From Nitrosopumilus sp. (lineage in GTDB: Archaea > Thermoproteota > Nitrososphaeria > Nitrososphaerales > Nitrosopumilaceae), in assembly GCA_965205675.1 (NCBI GenBank), contig OZ242186.1:256001-320000 (forward strand): DNA of 64,000 nucleotides, read 5' to 3'. Positions 1 to 10,345 of this stretch are shown in pieces. Made by a program: the position numbers and the translations under genes. A model generated the notes under the pieces. It saw only the letters and a list, made by a program, of their open reading frames with translations, ran no database searches and was not told the DNA's origin. Within the stretch, counting starts at the first letter, position 1; each line of letters begins with the position of its first letter.

Positions 1-196
1 TTGATTTTAAGGAAGTTTGTTCTGTTTCTGGAAATATAATTATAAAATTACTTTCTTTGATCTATTTGTTTGATTATACTTCAATATACAAAGCAATTTT
101 ATCACATATTGATCCAACACCTGTTAATTCAATTGATTTTATTAAAAGTAGAATTTAGATTTATCTAATTATGAAAAACACTCACTAATAACACTA

Positions 197-352
197 TACC
201 TTGGAGCATAATTCTTTGCAATTTTTCAAAACAAATAGCAATACTTTTTGATCAGTAGTTGGAAATAATTTCATGGACATCACAAATGACGAGTTACTCC
301 AGGCCTACAAAAAAGAAAAAAATATTCACAAAAAAACAAGATTACATGCAAT
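197..352 (+). mobile_element. Truncated left end of IS630-family element (relative of 42354-43440)
   Basis: Nearly identical to 42354-42510 (TA|tacc..ggagcataattctttgc...atggacatcacaaatgacgag); cut off at an IS66 end. Confidence 0.9.
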
Positions 353-429
353 GTAACTGTCTAGAGTTTTGAGAAAAAATCTCTATAATTACGCAAGAGG
401 TCTATTGAGTTACTTTCCCAAGTACTGTT
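353..429. mobile_element. Stack of three isolated IS termini: IS66 TIR (353-372), ISL2-group IS5 TIR (386-404), ISH3-like MITE TIR (405-429)
   Basis: gtaactgtctagagttttga = 40092/47589; taattacgcaagaggtcta = 44532-44550; ttgagttactttcccaagtactgtt = reverse complement of 47329-47353. Confidence 0.88.
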
Positions 430-436
430 TAAGGGT

Positions 437-1279
437 TTATAGCCATTTTTTTTGATAATTTTCTCTTTCCATCTTGAAAAGAAATTGTTGTGCATATCCG
501 GCATATGGGCCAAAATAGTTTACAATTTTTTCATGAAGAATTTCATATTGTTTTTCTGTTATAGTTTTAGTTTCAAGTTGGAATTTATTTGAATAGTATT
601 TTTCTAATATTCTAATCATCCATCTATCTAATGGAAAAGATTCCAATTTGTTTAATGAAAATAATAAAATACAATCAGCAACTTTGTTTCCTATGCCTGA
701 TATTAAACAAAGTTCGTTCTTTGCCTCTTGATAATTAGCTTTTTTCAAGTATTCGAAATCAATTTTTTTTAACATTGTTTTGGTTGCTGCTTCTTTGATA
801 AATCTTGCACGATAACCTACTCCACAATTTTCAATTTCAGTTATTGATGCTCTAGCAAGTTTTTCTGGTTTTGGAAATAAAAAAAACTTCTGATTTTCAA
901 ATCTAACTTTAATCCCAAATTTTTTTGATAAATTTTCCAAACTATTTTTTATTTTTTGAATATTAGAATTTGAGGATACAATAAATGAAATTAGACATTG
1001 GAAAGGATCTTGTTCTAATATTCTCAAACCCACATATTGTTTTACAGCATTTCTGGTAGTTTTATCTTTTGAAATTGATTTGATAATTTTTTCAATATTG
1101 TCTCTTTTTCGAAAAAAATCTATTCTGATATTTTGATGTGATGTAATTTCCCCCATATCATTTATTCTTAAAACATCCTGACCGTTAACCCCATACCAAT
1201 AATCTTCATTTTTTCTCCAAAGAAATACTTGACCACTATTAATCGAATTTTCAACATTTATGGTTTGATTATTTTGCAT
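437..1279 (-). CDS. 8-oxoguanine DNA glycosylase/AP lyase (OGG1-like, HhH-GPD)
   Basis: SGQVFLW N-terminus, QDPFQCLISFIVSSN, GVGYRA, GIGNKVADC, FPLD, GPYAGYAQQFLF motifs. Confidence 0.9.
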   Translation of the reverse strand: MQNNQTINVENSINSGQVFLWRKNEDYWYGVNGQDVLRINDMGEITSHQNIRIDFFRKRDNIEKIIKSISKDKTTRNAVKQYVGLRILEQDPFQCLISFIVSSNSNIQKIKNSLENLSKKFGIKVRFENQKFFLFPKPEKLARASITEIENCGVGYRARFIKEAATKTMLKKIDFEYLKKANYQEAKNELCLISGIGNKVADCILLFSLNKLESFPLDRWMIRILEKYYSNKFQLETKTITEKQYEILHEKIVNYFGPYAGYAQQFLFKMERENYQKKWL

Positions 1280-1280
1280 T

Positions 1281-2546
1281 TTAGATGATTATTTCATCAT
1301 TTACTGCAGGTGAAAATGTTTCAAGACCAAATTTTTCATGAATTTCTCTTGCAAACATTTCACATGATTCTGAGTCGCCATGAACAGTACATACCTTTGG
1401 ATTTCCTTTAATCTGCTTTATCATATCAAATAGCTCTTTTCTATCTGCATGGCCTGAAAATTGAAATTGTTTTACTTGTGCTGTGACATTAAGATCTTTT
1501 CCTCGAGTTGAAACCATTCCTGTATCTAGTAATTTTTTTCCTGGAGTGCCTTCTCCTTGATACGAAACAAGGGCAATCCCATTTTTATTATCAAAAGATA
1601 GTTGTTGCAAATAATATACTGCATTACCTCCTACTAACATTCCAGCTGGAGATATCACTACACAAGGCTCTCCCATCGCTCGTTTTCTTTCAGCGTGTTC
1701 TCTTACTGCCGTTGCACTCTTGATTGCCTCAGAAAAAACTTTAGGATCTCTAAGGTATTCTGGATGTTTAAACATTATCTCATTTACTTTGAGTGCCATT
1801 CCATCCATTATGATTTTATGCTTGAAATTTGAACTTCGTAGAATACAAGCAATTTCTTGTGAACGTTCTACAGAAAATGAAGGAATGAATAATATTCCTT
1901 TTCTATCCATCACCTCATTTGCAAATTCTATTAGTTCTGCCTCTGATTCTTTTCTTGGTTTCTGTTCTGTCTTTGCATAGGTACTTTCAGTAATTAACAA
2001 ATCAATTTCTCCAACATCCAAATCCATCTCTCGAAGCATTCTAGAGCCATTTGTTTTAATATCACCTGTGTAGAAAAGACGTTTTCTCTCTGATTCTACT
2101 AATACTGTACTTCCGCCTATTACATGTCCTGATTCTCTTAACTCAAATGTAGTATTTCCTTTGGTAATTTTCTGTTTAAACCCTACTTCTTTGGCATTTT
2201 TCATCATGTTATTTACTTCTGGTAAATCAAATGGATGTGAATTTTTTTCAATTTTTAGCATATCCTCAATCAATAATTTTGAGAGATCAAATGTTGGTGG
2301 TGTAGCATATACATCTGTATTACCACTTACAAATAGAGATGGGACATTTCCTGAATGATCTAAATGAGCATGAGTAATAATGATTGCATCCAAATCTTTT
2401 GGTTTTACGTGTAGTGGGTATTGTGGAGGAGATCCTCTTCTTCCAAACATTACTCCATAATCCAACAATAATTTAGTTCCATTACAATCAACCAAAAACC
2501 CCGATCTGCCAACCTCGTTTGCAGCTCCTAAAACTTTAACATTCAA
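1281..2546 (-). CDS. Beta-CASP metallo-beta-lactamase ribonuclease (aCPSF-like, no KH domains)
   Basis: GAANEVGRS, HAHLDHSG, SGHVIG, ESTY and FSGHAD motifs. Confidence 0.9.
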   Translation of the reverse strand: MNVKVLGAANEVGRSGFLVDCNGTKLLLDYGVMFGRRGSPPQYPLHVKPKDLDAIIITHAHLDHSGNVPSLFVSGNTDVYATPPTFDLSKLLIEDMLKIEKNSHPFDLPEVNNMMKNAKEVGFKQKITKGNTTFELRESGHVIGGSTVLVESERKRLFYTGDIKTNGSRMLREMDLDVGEIDLLITESTYAKTEQKPRKESEAELIEFANEVMDRKGILFIPSFSVERSQEIACILRSSNFKHKIIMDGMALKVNEIMFKHPEYLRDPKVFSEAIKSATAVREHAERKRAMGEPCVVISPAGMLVGGNAVYYLQQLSFDNKNGIALVSYQGEGTPGKKLLDTGMVSTRGKDLNVTAQVKQFQFSGHADRKELFDMIKQIKGNPKVCTVHGDSESCEMFAREIHEKFGLETFSPAVNDEIII

Positions 2547-2659
2547 GAATTAAAATGAGTTTTCATCCATGTTAAAACCTTCTTAGAGACAAGCCGATCA
2601 TTATGCCTGTGGTGGAATCTACACAAGCTTTAATTAGTGTAAGCTAAGATTCGATCCTC

Positions 2660-2872
2660 ATGGGAAGAAGCTTCCAAGAATGGTTAGGACAACAAGATCA
2701 AGCCGTCGTCGCTAAAACACGTGCTGGTGACGAAGCAAATAAACCACTCCTTAACCAAATTAACTGGATTTGGGTTAACAATCTGATGAATCAGAAAGCA
2801 GACCTTAATCCTTCTTCAGCAGAACTACTTGACTGGGTTACTTCTGGTCAAATAGACGCAATGAGAAAATAA
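2660..2872 (+). CDS. Small hypothetical protein (70 aa)
   Basis: Clean ORF with TATA-like ctttaatt upstream and T-rich terminator downstream. Confidence 0.7.
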   Translation: MGRSFQEWLGQQDQAVVAKTRAGDEANKPLLNQINWIWVNNLMNQKADLNPSSAELLDWVTSGQIDAMRK

Positions 2873-3013
2873 ACGTGGATAACACGTTATCTTTTTGTTT
2901 TTTAATTTTTTCCGATATGGATTCTGCGCATGGATTGTAATCGATCATTTTCATAACAGGGTTATGAATTTCAATCATGGTTTAAATAGGCACTAAGCAA
3001 TCTTAACATTGTA

Positions 3014-3316
3014 ATGCCAATAGCAATACTTCCAGACATTGATGAACAAAGATGTATCGGATGTGCACTATGTGTAGAAATCTGTACAACTCTTGGTCCA
3101 GATGTCCTTAGAGTAAAACCAGTTGAAGGCTGGAAGAGAGGTAAAGCATTTGTCTTTTACCCAGAAAGATGTATTTCTGATGGTGCATGCATCGGTGTAT
3201 GCCCAACAAAATCAATCTTTTGGATGAGACCAATGAATTACACTGCTGGACAACCAGTGCCTCTTCACAAAAACGGTATCTTCATCAAAGGTTGGGCAGA
3301 AGACGCCGCATTATAA
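3014..3316 (+). CDS. 4Fe-4S ferredoxin
   Basis: CIGCALCVEIC and CISDGACIGVCP motifs. Confidence 0.92.
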   Translation: MPIAILPDIDEQRCIGCALCVEICTTLGPDVLRVKPVEGWKRGKAFVFYPERCISDGACIGVCPTKSIFWMRPMNYTAGQPVPLHKNGIFIKGWAEDAAL

Positions 3317-3355
3317 GCAGGCATCTTTTAGCACATTCTTTTTTCTTATTTTTAA

Positions 3356-4885
3356 TCACACAAAAGATCTTTTCTTGATCTCTTTTGGTAAAACTTTGAC
3401 GAATTGTTTGAGGAATTTATCTTCTTTATCGTAATATACTTCTAAAAATTTGTTATTTGTAAAAAAGTCACTCCATGTTTTTTCAAATGTGGGAAATTCA
3501 TTTGGTTCAAAATTTACTCTGGCAGTTTCATGATGTGCTGTTGGAAAAATATCTGAAATTTCAATTGGTATTAATCCTAGTATTGGATTGTATTGACAAA
3601 TTTGGAATGAGTCAAAATCTTTGAGTTTTTTTCCTAGTCCAATATACTGACGAGATAAATATCCTGGCTTTGTACTGGACTCTTTTGTAATGATTAATTT
3701 CTTTTTCTTTGATCTGAATCTTCTAACTGTTTTATGAAATGATTGAACTTCTGGTCTGTATTGATCTTCTCTGTCAAATAAGAAAATTGCTCTTTCTTTG
3801 AATTTAGGAGTGCTTAATCCTAAAAATTCATAATTTTCAGTCATTACCTCAATCATTTCAAATAGTTTTGGATGGGCCCTGGCCTTTTTAATTACATATT
3901 CCCATAATCTTCCTTCGTGGATTGCTTGTTTGACTTTATCTACTTCTAGTTTAATTGCACACAAATTATGAATTGCCAATTCGTTGATTTTTTCAATAGC
4001 CTTTAATTGACGAAACTCATCTGGGGTATATTTTGAACATATCTCACAATTACATGGGAATACGGAAATATCTGATAAATAACGAGTACCATCATCTGTA
4101 ATGTATCTTAATTGTTTAGCATATAACATGTAAGATGCTGAATCAAATGTGTCACATCCTAAGGCTATTGCAAATGGAATTGTAAGGGGATGACCTGCAC
4201 CAAAAAGATGCAATGGAATTGAATGTGGTATTTGTTTTTTTGCAGCCACAATCATCTGTGCTAATAACCTATACTCGTACGATTCCATAAATTCAACTGG
4301 GCTTCCTAATGCTAACATTTGAAATCCCATCCTGACTAAACTTTTTGCAGATTTTCCAACGAGCTCAAAATGCTCTCCTCCTTGAATTGGACCTATCCAA
4401 ATTTGACCATTATTTGCACTATTACCAAGTGTTTGTTTACAAACATTTAGAGTATGTTTGACGTATGCTTCTGCTTTTTTAATCGGCATTCCATATCCTG
4501 TTGGCTTGTCAAGTGGAATTGCAAAATCAGTTAAGATGCCTTTTTCAAAATTTGCCATATCTGGCGGTAATACATCTACATCCCCATATTCAAGAACTTG
4601 ATATCCTCCAGAATCTGTCATGATTCCTCCGTCAAAATCAATTATTTCGTGTATTCCTTTTTTAATTGCCTTATCGCCATAATTGTTTCTTGTAATGTAT
4701 GCATTAGTAATTACTAAATCAAAACCAATCTCTCGAATTTTTTTAGATGGAATTGTTTGTTTAACTGGATGAATAACAGGAACGTATGCAGGAGTCTCAA
4801 TTTTACCATGATTGGTATAAAGAGTGCCGATTCTTCCAGCTAAATCTGTTTTAGATATTTCAAACAAGTAATTACATCCATTCAA
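3356..4885 (-). CDS. tgtA: Archaeosine tRNA-guanine(15) transglycosylase
   Basis: ETPAYVPV, TDSGGYQ, HLFGAGHP, DTFDSA, CNCEIC zinc site; start may be TTG at 4867. Confidence 0.92.
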   Translation of the reverse strand: MNGCNYLFEISKTDLAGRIGTLYTNHGKIETPAYVPVIHPVKQTIPSKKIREIGFDLVITNAYITRNNYGDKAIKKGIHEIIDFDGGIMTDSGGYQVLEYGDVDVLPPDMANFEKGILTDFAIPLDKPTGYGMPIKKAEAYVKHTLNVCKQTLGNSANNGQIWIGPIQGGEHFELVGKSAKSLVRMGFQMLALGSPVEFMESYEYRLLAQMIVAAKKQIPHSIPLHLFGAGHPLTIPFAIALGCDTFDSASYMLYAKQLRYITDDGTRYLSDISVFPCNCEICSKYTPDEFRQLKAIEKINELAIHNLCAIKLEVDKVKQAIHEGRLWEYVIKKARAHPKLFEMIEVMTENYEFLGLSTPKFKERAIFLFDREDQYRPEVQSFHKTVRRFRSKKKKLIITKESSTKPGYLSRQYIGLGKKLKDFDSFQICQYNPILGLIPIEISDIFPTAHHETARVNFEPNEFPTFEKTWSDFFTNNKFLEVYYDKEDKFLKQFVKVLPKEIKKRSFV

Positions 4886-4898
4886 AGGCGTTATTTAA

Positions 4899-5447
4899 TC
4901 AATCAACAAAAAATTTCCCTAAATCATTATTTTCTTTCACTAATTCTAACCAGTCTACTTCTTCATTACCTCTCTCATTCATGATTACTTTTATTGTGTT
5001 CTCTACAACTTCTATAATCGTCTTTTCACTTACATTAATTTGAAATATTTTTTCTTCAAATTTATTTATTGCATCATTAGTGATAACTCCTAAAATTTCA
5101 CTACCTATATTTTCAATAATTTTTTTTTCTGAATATTTTCTATCTTTATAAACTGAAATCAGATCATATGGATTTCTTCTTAACACGATCATTATCTTTA
5201 CTTGTTCTTTTTTTAAAACATATGGTGCTAAATGTCCCACAATTACATTGTTCTTAGATGTTTTCTGTTTTAGTATTTTTTCAAGTTCTTCAACATCTAT
5301 GTCGTTTGTATCATTATTTCTTTTAAATAATCCTGAATCTTTTGCAATTTTGTTGATATCTATGATTGATAATTTCATTCTCTTGGAAATTTTTTTTGCA
5401 AGTGTGTGTTTTCCAACTCCTGGATTGCCTGTGATTACTATTGACAT
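4899..5447 (-). CDS. Adenylate kinase 6 / Fap7-like P-loop kinase
   Basis: ITGNPGVGKHT P-loop, VIVGH, ENIGSEI motifs. Confidence 0.85.
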   Translation of the reverse strand: MSIVITGNPGVGKHTLAKKISKRMKLSIIDINKIAKDSGLFKRNNDTNDIDVEELEKILKQKTSKNNVIVGHLAPYVLKKEQVKIMIVLRRNPYDLISVYKDRKYSEKKIIENIGSEILGVITNDAINKFEEKIFQINVSEKTIIEVVENTIKVIMNERGNEEVDWLELVKENNDLGKFFVD

Positions 5448-5520
5448 TATATGAAATTCCGATTAATTAGATTAAATGATTTCTGCAATACTAATAAGTA
5501 GAATTGAATTTTTGAGAGTA

Positions 5521-6708
5521 TTGCAAATTGGTTTATTAGGAAAAGCAAATGTTGGAAAGTCAACCTTTTTTTCAGCTGCTACTGAAACTTTAGTCGCCTC
5601 GGGAAATTTTCCTTTTACTACAATTGATCCAAACATTGGAGTAGCATATGTTAACGTCAATTGTGCTTGCAAACATTTTGAAATTAAACATCAAACTGAA
5701 TTATGTGTAAATGGCACACGTTTTATTCCTGTAAAACTAATTGATGTTGCTGGATTGGTTCCAGGAGCACATGAAGGTAAAGGATTGGGAAATCAATTTC
5801 TTGATGATGCAAGACAAGCTAAAGTCTTAATTCATGTAGTTGATATTGCAGGAACAACTGATATCCAAGGTCAACCTGTTTCAGTTGGAAGTCATGATCC
5901 TTTAGAAGACATTGCTTTTGTTCAAGATGAATTTGATCAATGGTTTACAGATATTTTAAGACGAGAATGGGATAAAATTACCCGTGAAATAGATCAAAAA
6001 CGTGCGAAACTAACTGATGGTATTTCAAAAAGATTTTCAGGATTGAGCATTAAGGATTTTCAAGTTCAAGAAATTCTCCAAAAATTAGGATTCATGGCTA
6101 AAAATCCAAAAGAATGGTCACAAAATGATATTGAAATTTTTGCAAAAGAATTACGTAATAGTACAAAACCTATGGTTATTGCAGCAAACAAAGCAGATCT
6201 TTGTAAAGATCTTGATATAACCAAACAAATTTCTGAGAATGTAATTCTATGTAGTGCTGAAACTGAATTACTCTTGCGTAAAGCTTCCAAAGCTGGCATT
6301 GTAAACTATTCTCCCGGCGATGAAGGATTTACTCCTGTTGATGGAAAAGAAATACCTCCACCACAACAAAAAGCTCTGGATTTAGTAAAATCTGTTTTTT
6401 CAAAAATTAATTCAACTGGAATTCAAAGAATTTTAAATACTGCAGTTTTTGATTTATTACAATTTATCGTTGTATATCCTGTTGAGGATGAAACAAAACT
6501 TACAAACAAAAATGGAGTTATTCTGCCTGATGCAAAATTAATTCCACAAAACTCTACGGCCAAAGATTTAGCAAGTTTAATTCATGCAGATATTGCAAAG
6601 GGATTTTTACATGCTATAGATTGTAAAACTAAGCAAAGAATCAGTGGAGATCAAAAACTCAAAAATGGCGATGTAATCAAAATTGTTTCTACATCAAGTC
6701 ATGGTTGA
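5521..6708 (+). CDS. ychF: YchF/Obg-family ATPase (archaeal type)
   Basis: GKANVGKSTFF, FPFTTIDPN, DVAGLVPGAHEGKGLGNQFL, C-terminal TGS; TTG start at 5521 inferred. Confidence 0.9.
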   Translation: MQIGLLGKANVGKSTFFSAATETLVASGNFPFTTIDPNIGVAYVNVNCACKHFEIKHQTELCVNGTRFIPVKLIDVAGLVPGAHEGKGLGNQFLDDARQAKVLIHVVDIAGTTDIQGQPVSVGSHDPLEDIAFVQDEFDQWFTDILRREWDKITREIDQKRAKLTDGISKRFSGLSIKDFQVQEILQKLGFMAKNPKEWSQNDIEIFAKELRNSTKPMVIAANKADLCKDLDITKQISENVILCSAETELLLRKASKAGIVNYSPGDEGFTPVDGKEIPPPQQKALDLVKSVFSKINSTGIQRILNTAVFDLLQFIVVYPVEDETKLTNKNGVILPDAKLIPQNSTAKDLASLIHADIAKGFLHAIDCKTKQRISGDQKLKNGDVIKIVSTSSHG

Positions 6709-6709
6709 T

Positions 6710-7693
6710 ATGTTAGGTCTGGGAATTGAGAGTACAGCTCATACATTTTCCTGTGCTATAATTAAAAAAAATGGAAAAAAAGGAAAAATCCTTTCAGATA
6801 TTAGAAAAATTTATCGTCCTGCGGAAGGTGAAGGAATTCATCCTCGTGAAGCATCTAGGCATCATATTGAGAATAGTTCAGTAGTATTATCTGAATGTCT
6901 ACAAGAAGCAAATGTAACTGTCAAAGATTTAGATATTGTTTCTTATGCCGCAGGACCTGGTTTGGGTCCATGTTTACGTGTAGGTGCTGTAGTTGCAAGA
7001 TCTTTGTCATCTTTTTACAACATTCCAATATATCCAGTTAACCATGCAATAGGGCACATTGAATTAGGAAAACTGTTAACTGGCTCAACTAATCCTTTGG
7101 TACTTTTAGTTTCTGGTGGTCATACAATGCTTTTGGCTTTTCTGAATAAACAATGGAGGGTGTTTGGAGAAACTTTGGATATTACTCTGGGGCAGTTACT
7201 TGATCAATTTGGACGTTTCATAGGTTTTGCATCTCCATGTGGAAAAAACATTGAAGAATTGGCAAACACTTCTTCTAATTACATAACTTTACCATATTCT
7301 GTTAAAGGAAATGATGTATCTTTTTCTGGATTATTGTCTGCAACTAAATCCATATCTTCAAAAAATAAGATTGATGCATGTTATTCACTTCAAGAAACTG
7401 CGTTTGCCATGATCAGTGAGACAGTAGAACGTGCTTTATCATTTACAAGAAAAAAGGAATTAATGATAGTGGGAGGAGTTGCTGCTAACAAACGACTATC
7501 CGAAATGCTAAATGATGTGTGTAAGCGACATGGTTGCAAATTTTTTGTAGTTCCATTAAAATATGCTGGAGATTGTGGAAGCCAAATATGTTGGACTGGC
7601 TTATTGGAATCTCAAATAAAACAAGGTGTTCCAATAAAAGATACGTTTGTTACTCAGTCTTGGAGATTAGATTCTGTTAAAGTTGAATACTAG
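6710..7693 (+). CDS. kae1: KEOPS t6A transferase Kae1
   Basis: GIESTAHT, GPGLGPCL, VNHAIGHIE, VSGGHT, GGVAAN motifs. Confidence 0.95.
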   Translation: MLGLGIESTAHTFSCAIIKKNGKKGKILSDIRKIYRPAEGEGIHPREASRHHIENSSVVLSECLQEANVTVKDLDIVSYAAGPGLGPCLRVGAVVARSLSSFYNIPIYPVNHAIGHIELGKLLTGSTNPLVLLVSGGHTMLLAFLNKQWRVFGETLDITLGQLLDQFGRFIGFASPCGKNIEELANTSSNYITLPYSVKGNDVSFSGLLSATKSISSKNKIDACYSLQETAFAMISETVERALSFTRKKELMIVGGVAANKRLSEMLNDVCKRHGCKFFVVPLKYAGDCGSQICWTGLLESQIKQGVPIKDTFVTQSWRLDSVKVEY

Positions 7694-8013
7694 CTTTTAT
7701 TCTCACTAATAGCTCCATCAATTGTTTTAACCCAATCTTTAGTATTGAAAACTCCAAACTTGAAAGTTTGTTCTCCTTTCTCTGTTTTTGCTGTAAAACA
7801 TACTTTTTTCATTAGCAATCCTTCTTTCCATGTTTTTGTTATTTTATCTAATGTAGTATCTAATACAGTTTCTCCAAAATGTTTAGAAAAATCCATTATT
7901 CTTGCATTAGTTTTATCAAAAGCCAATCTTTTGTTTGTCAATGTTAAAATTCCTGCACCTAACTTGTCTTCACTACAATCTTCTTGTTTGATTCTTTTTT
8001 CTCCTTCATCCAT
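7690..8013 (-). CDS. Hypothetical protein, PH/GRAM-like fold
   Basis: GILTLTNKRLAF and terminal DWVKTI helix typical of PH-like domains. Confidence 0.6.
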   Translation of the reverse strand: MDEGEKRIKQEDCSEDKLGAGILTLTNKRLAFDKTNARIMDFSKHFGETVLDTTLDKITKTWKEGLLMKKVCFTAKTEKGEQTFKFGVFNTKDWVKTIDGAISENKS

Positions 8014-8050
8014 GATTAATTTTTATTGAATTCCTTTGGATATAATGTTA

Positions 8051-8671
8051 ATGAAATTAATCAAAAAAGGAGCTGAAGCCGACATATATCAAACTAAATG
8101 GCAAAATTCTAATGCAATATTAAAAATTAGAAAAATCAAAACTTATCGAAATCCTTCATTAGACTTAAAAATTCGTAAGCAAAGAACAATCAAAGAATCT
8201 CAAATGCTTTCACATGTAAAATCTTTTGGAATTCCCACTCCTCTTGTTTATTTTGTAAATTTAAAAAAAACATCAATAATGATGCAAGAAATTCCTGGAA
8301 AACCTGTTCATGACTTGTCTGATTCTAAAATTATTAAGCTATCAAAAAATATTGGTAAACTAGTTGGCACTTTACACAAAAATGGAGTAATGCATGGAGA
8401 TCTGACAACTTCAAATTTTATTTTATTTCACAATACTGTATTTGTAATTGATTTTGGATTGTCTCAAATCTCAGTAAAACCTGAAGATCATGCTGTTGAT
8501 CTAAGATTAATCAAGGAAATTCTCAACAGTGCACATGCTAAAATTATGCAGTATTCATGGAAAAACTTCCTAAATGGATACAAATCCATAGTTGGATATG
8601 CATACTATACTCAAATAACTAAATTAGTTTTAGAGATTGAGAGTCGTGGTAGATATGCACAAGTCATTTGA
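8051..8671 (+). CDS. bud32: KEOPS kinase Bud32
   Basis: KKGAEA, HGDLTTSN, IDFGL, EDHAVDL, RGRY motifs. Confidence 0.93.
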   Translation: MKLIKKGAEADIYQTKWQNSNAILKIRKIKTYRNPSLDLKIRKQRTIKESQMLSHVKSFGIPTPLVYFVNLKKTSIMMQEIPGKPVHDLSDSKIIKLSKNIGKLVGTLHKNGVMHGDLTTSNFILFHNTVFVIDFGLSQISVKPEDHAVDLRLIKEILNSAHAKIMQYSWKNFLNGYKSIVGYAYYTQITKLVLEIESRGRYAQVI

Positions 8672-9203
8672 TCTATTTTTTGTATCTTCAAATATTAACA
8701 AATATCATGAAGCTAAAAATATTCTAGATTGTTCTGGAATTAATCTTGGATTTTTAAAATCCGATCTAGAAGAAATCCAATCAAACTCCCTTCATGATAT
8801 TGCATTAAACAAAGCAAGAGATGCATTTTCTAAATTCAAAAAACCCATCATAATTGAAGATGATGGCTTGTTCATTGATTCTCTTGAAGGTTTTCCAGGT
8901 CCTTACTCATCATATATTTTTAAAACAATCGGAAATAAAGGAATTCTTAATTTGTTAAAAAATAACAGAAAGGCAAAATTTATCTCCATTATAACTTATT
9001 GCGATAAAACAATTCTAGAATCTTTTGATGGAAAACTAAATGGAAAAATATCTAGAATTCAAAAAGGAAAAGGTTGGGGATATGATCCTATATTTGTTCC
9101 AAATAATTCAAAAAAAACATTTGCTGAAATGAATGTCAAAAATGAACTATCTCATAGATACAAAGCGTTAAGAAAATTTTCTAAATGGTATTTGCATAAG
9201 TAG
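8655..9203 (+). CDS. rdgB: Non-canonical purine NTP pyrophosphatase (RdgB/HAM1)
   Basis: SSNINKYHE, EDDGL, GFPGPYS, GWGYDPIF, SHR motifs. Confidence 0.92.
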   Translation: MHKSFDLFFVSSNINKYHEAKNILDCSGINLGFLKSDLEEIQSNSLHDIALNKARDAFSKFKKPIIIEDDGLFIDSLEGFPGPYSSYIFKTIGNKGILNLLKNNRKAKFISIITYCDKTILESFDGKLNGKISRIQKGKGWGYDPIFVPNNSKKTFAEMNVKNELSHRYKALRKFSKWYLHK

Positions 9204-10206
9204 GAATAAAACGATCAATATGTCGTTTGTTATTTTGTAATATTGAGATTCGTGAAACAATACTTTCATCCATTATTGAAAATATTTTACTTTGTTTAGC
9301 AATTTCTTCACTAAATTTTTTTATTTCTTCCATCTCTAACATATTTTTACGCTCTAATCTGTTCGTTGAACGTCCAATATGCATATATGATTTAATTTCA
9401 ATAAAGTGTGGGCTAGCTTTCCTAAACATTTCTGCAAATGTTGGAATTACTTCCTTTTGATCATTGTAATCTCTAATCAAAGTGATTCTTAATACTGTTC
9501 TAGTATTCAAATCCTTTAACATGTCAAGTGTTCTATTCCATCTTTCCCATGAATCATCATATCTTGGTTTGTTTATTCTCATAAATGATTCATAGTCTGC
9601 AGCATTTGTTGATAGATACAATTGTGTTGGTAATGCATCCTCTTCTTGTAATTTTTGAATCATGTCTGGTTCTTGTCCATTTGTTACAAGAAAAATTGAT
9701 TTTGTTGCTTCAAATGATTTTAGATATTTAATTAGTTCTGGAAGTTTAGGATACATTGTAGGTTCTCCAGAAAGTGAAATTGCATAATGAGCAGGCAATA
9801 AAGATTCATCTAATCTTTGTTTATCGTTTCTTGAATCACCATAAAATCCGTTGATCAGTTTTTTTCTTTCACCCATTAACTTTGTTAGGATTTGTTCTGG
9901 CTCTGCAACTTGTTCTGGTTTCATTTGTATTGAATCATAAAACTCCATTGGTCTCCAACAATACACACATCTATTTTCACAATACATGCCAGCAGGAGAA
10001 AACTCCATACATCTATGAGTTGAAATTCCATAAAACTTGTGTTTGTAACAATTACCCTCATGCTTGAATGATTTTTTTGTCCAATGACAAAGTCCTACAG
10101 TTGAATGATCTGCTACACCATATTTTGCTTTTTTCAGTTGTGCAGATATTGCAGGTCTGATCTGAATTAATTCTTCTTCTTCAACAGTTTCTCCAGAACA
10201 GCTCAT
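9181..10206 (-). CDS. taw1: 4-demethylwyosine synthase Taw1/TYW1 (radical SAM)
   Basis: CHWTK, CYKHKFYGI, CENRCVYCWR, ISLSGEPT motifs. Confidence 0.93.
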   Translation of the reverse strand: MSCSGETVEEEELIQIRPAISAQLKKAKYGVADHSTVGLCHWTKKSFKHEGNCYKHKFYGISTHRCMEFSPAGMYCENRCVYCWRPMEFYDSIQMKPEQVAEPEQILTKLMGERKKLINGFYGDSRNDKQRLDESLLPAHYAISLSGEPTMYPKLPELIKYLKSFEATKSIFLVTNGQEPDMIQKLQEEDALPTQLYLSTNAADYESFMRINKPRYDDSWERWNRTLDMLKDLNTRTVLRITLIRDYNDQKEVIPTFAEMFRKASPHFIEIKSYMHIGRSTNRLERKNMLEMEEIKKFSEEIAKQSKIFSIMDESIVSRISILQNNKRHIDRFIPTYANTI

Positions 10207-10345
10207 GAGTTCAGATCGTGTTCTGGTTTACTTAAATTGATCGAGTTTTTTTGTCCAACATGGAAACTTTTCTCAAAACTATTGATATTTTCAGTCGATT
10301 CTAGAGTGAGGTTTAATAACTGGATCCTCGACGTATTTTTAGGCT

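Noticed and set aside
3356-10206. Cluster of tRNA-modification genes as a novel pathway
   Set aside because: All are well-known archaeal housekeeping enzymes (TgtA, KEOPS, Taw1).
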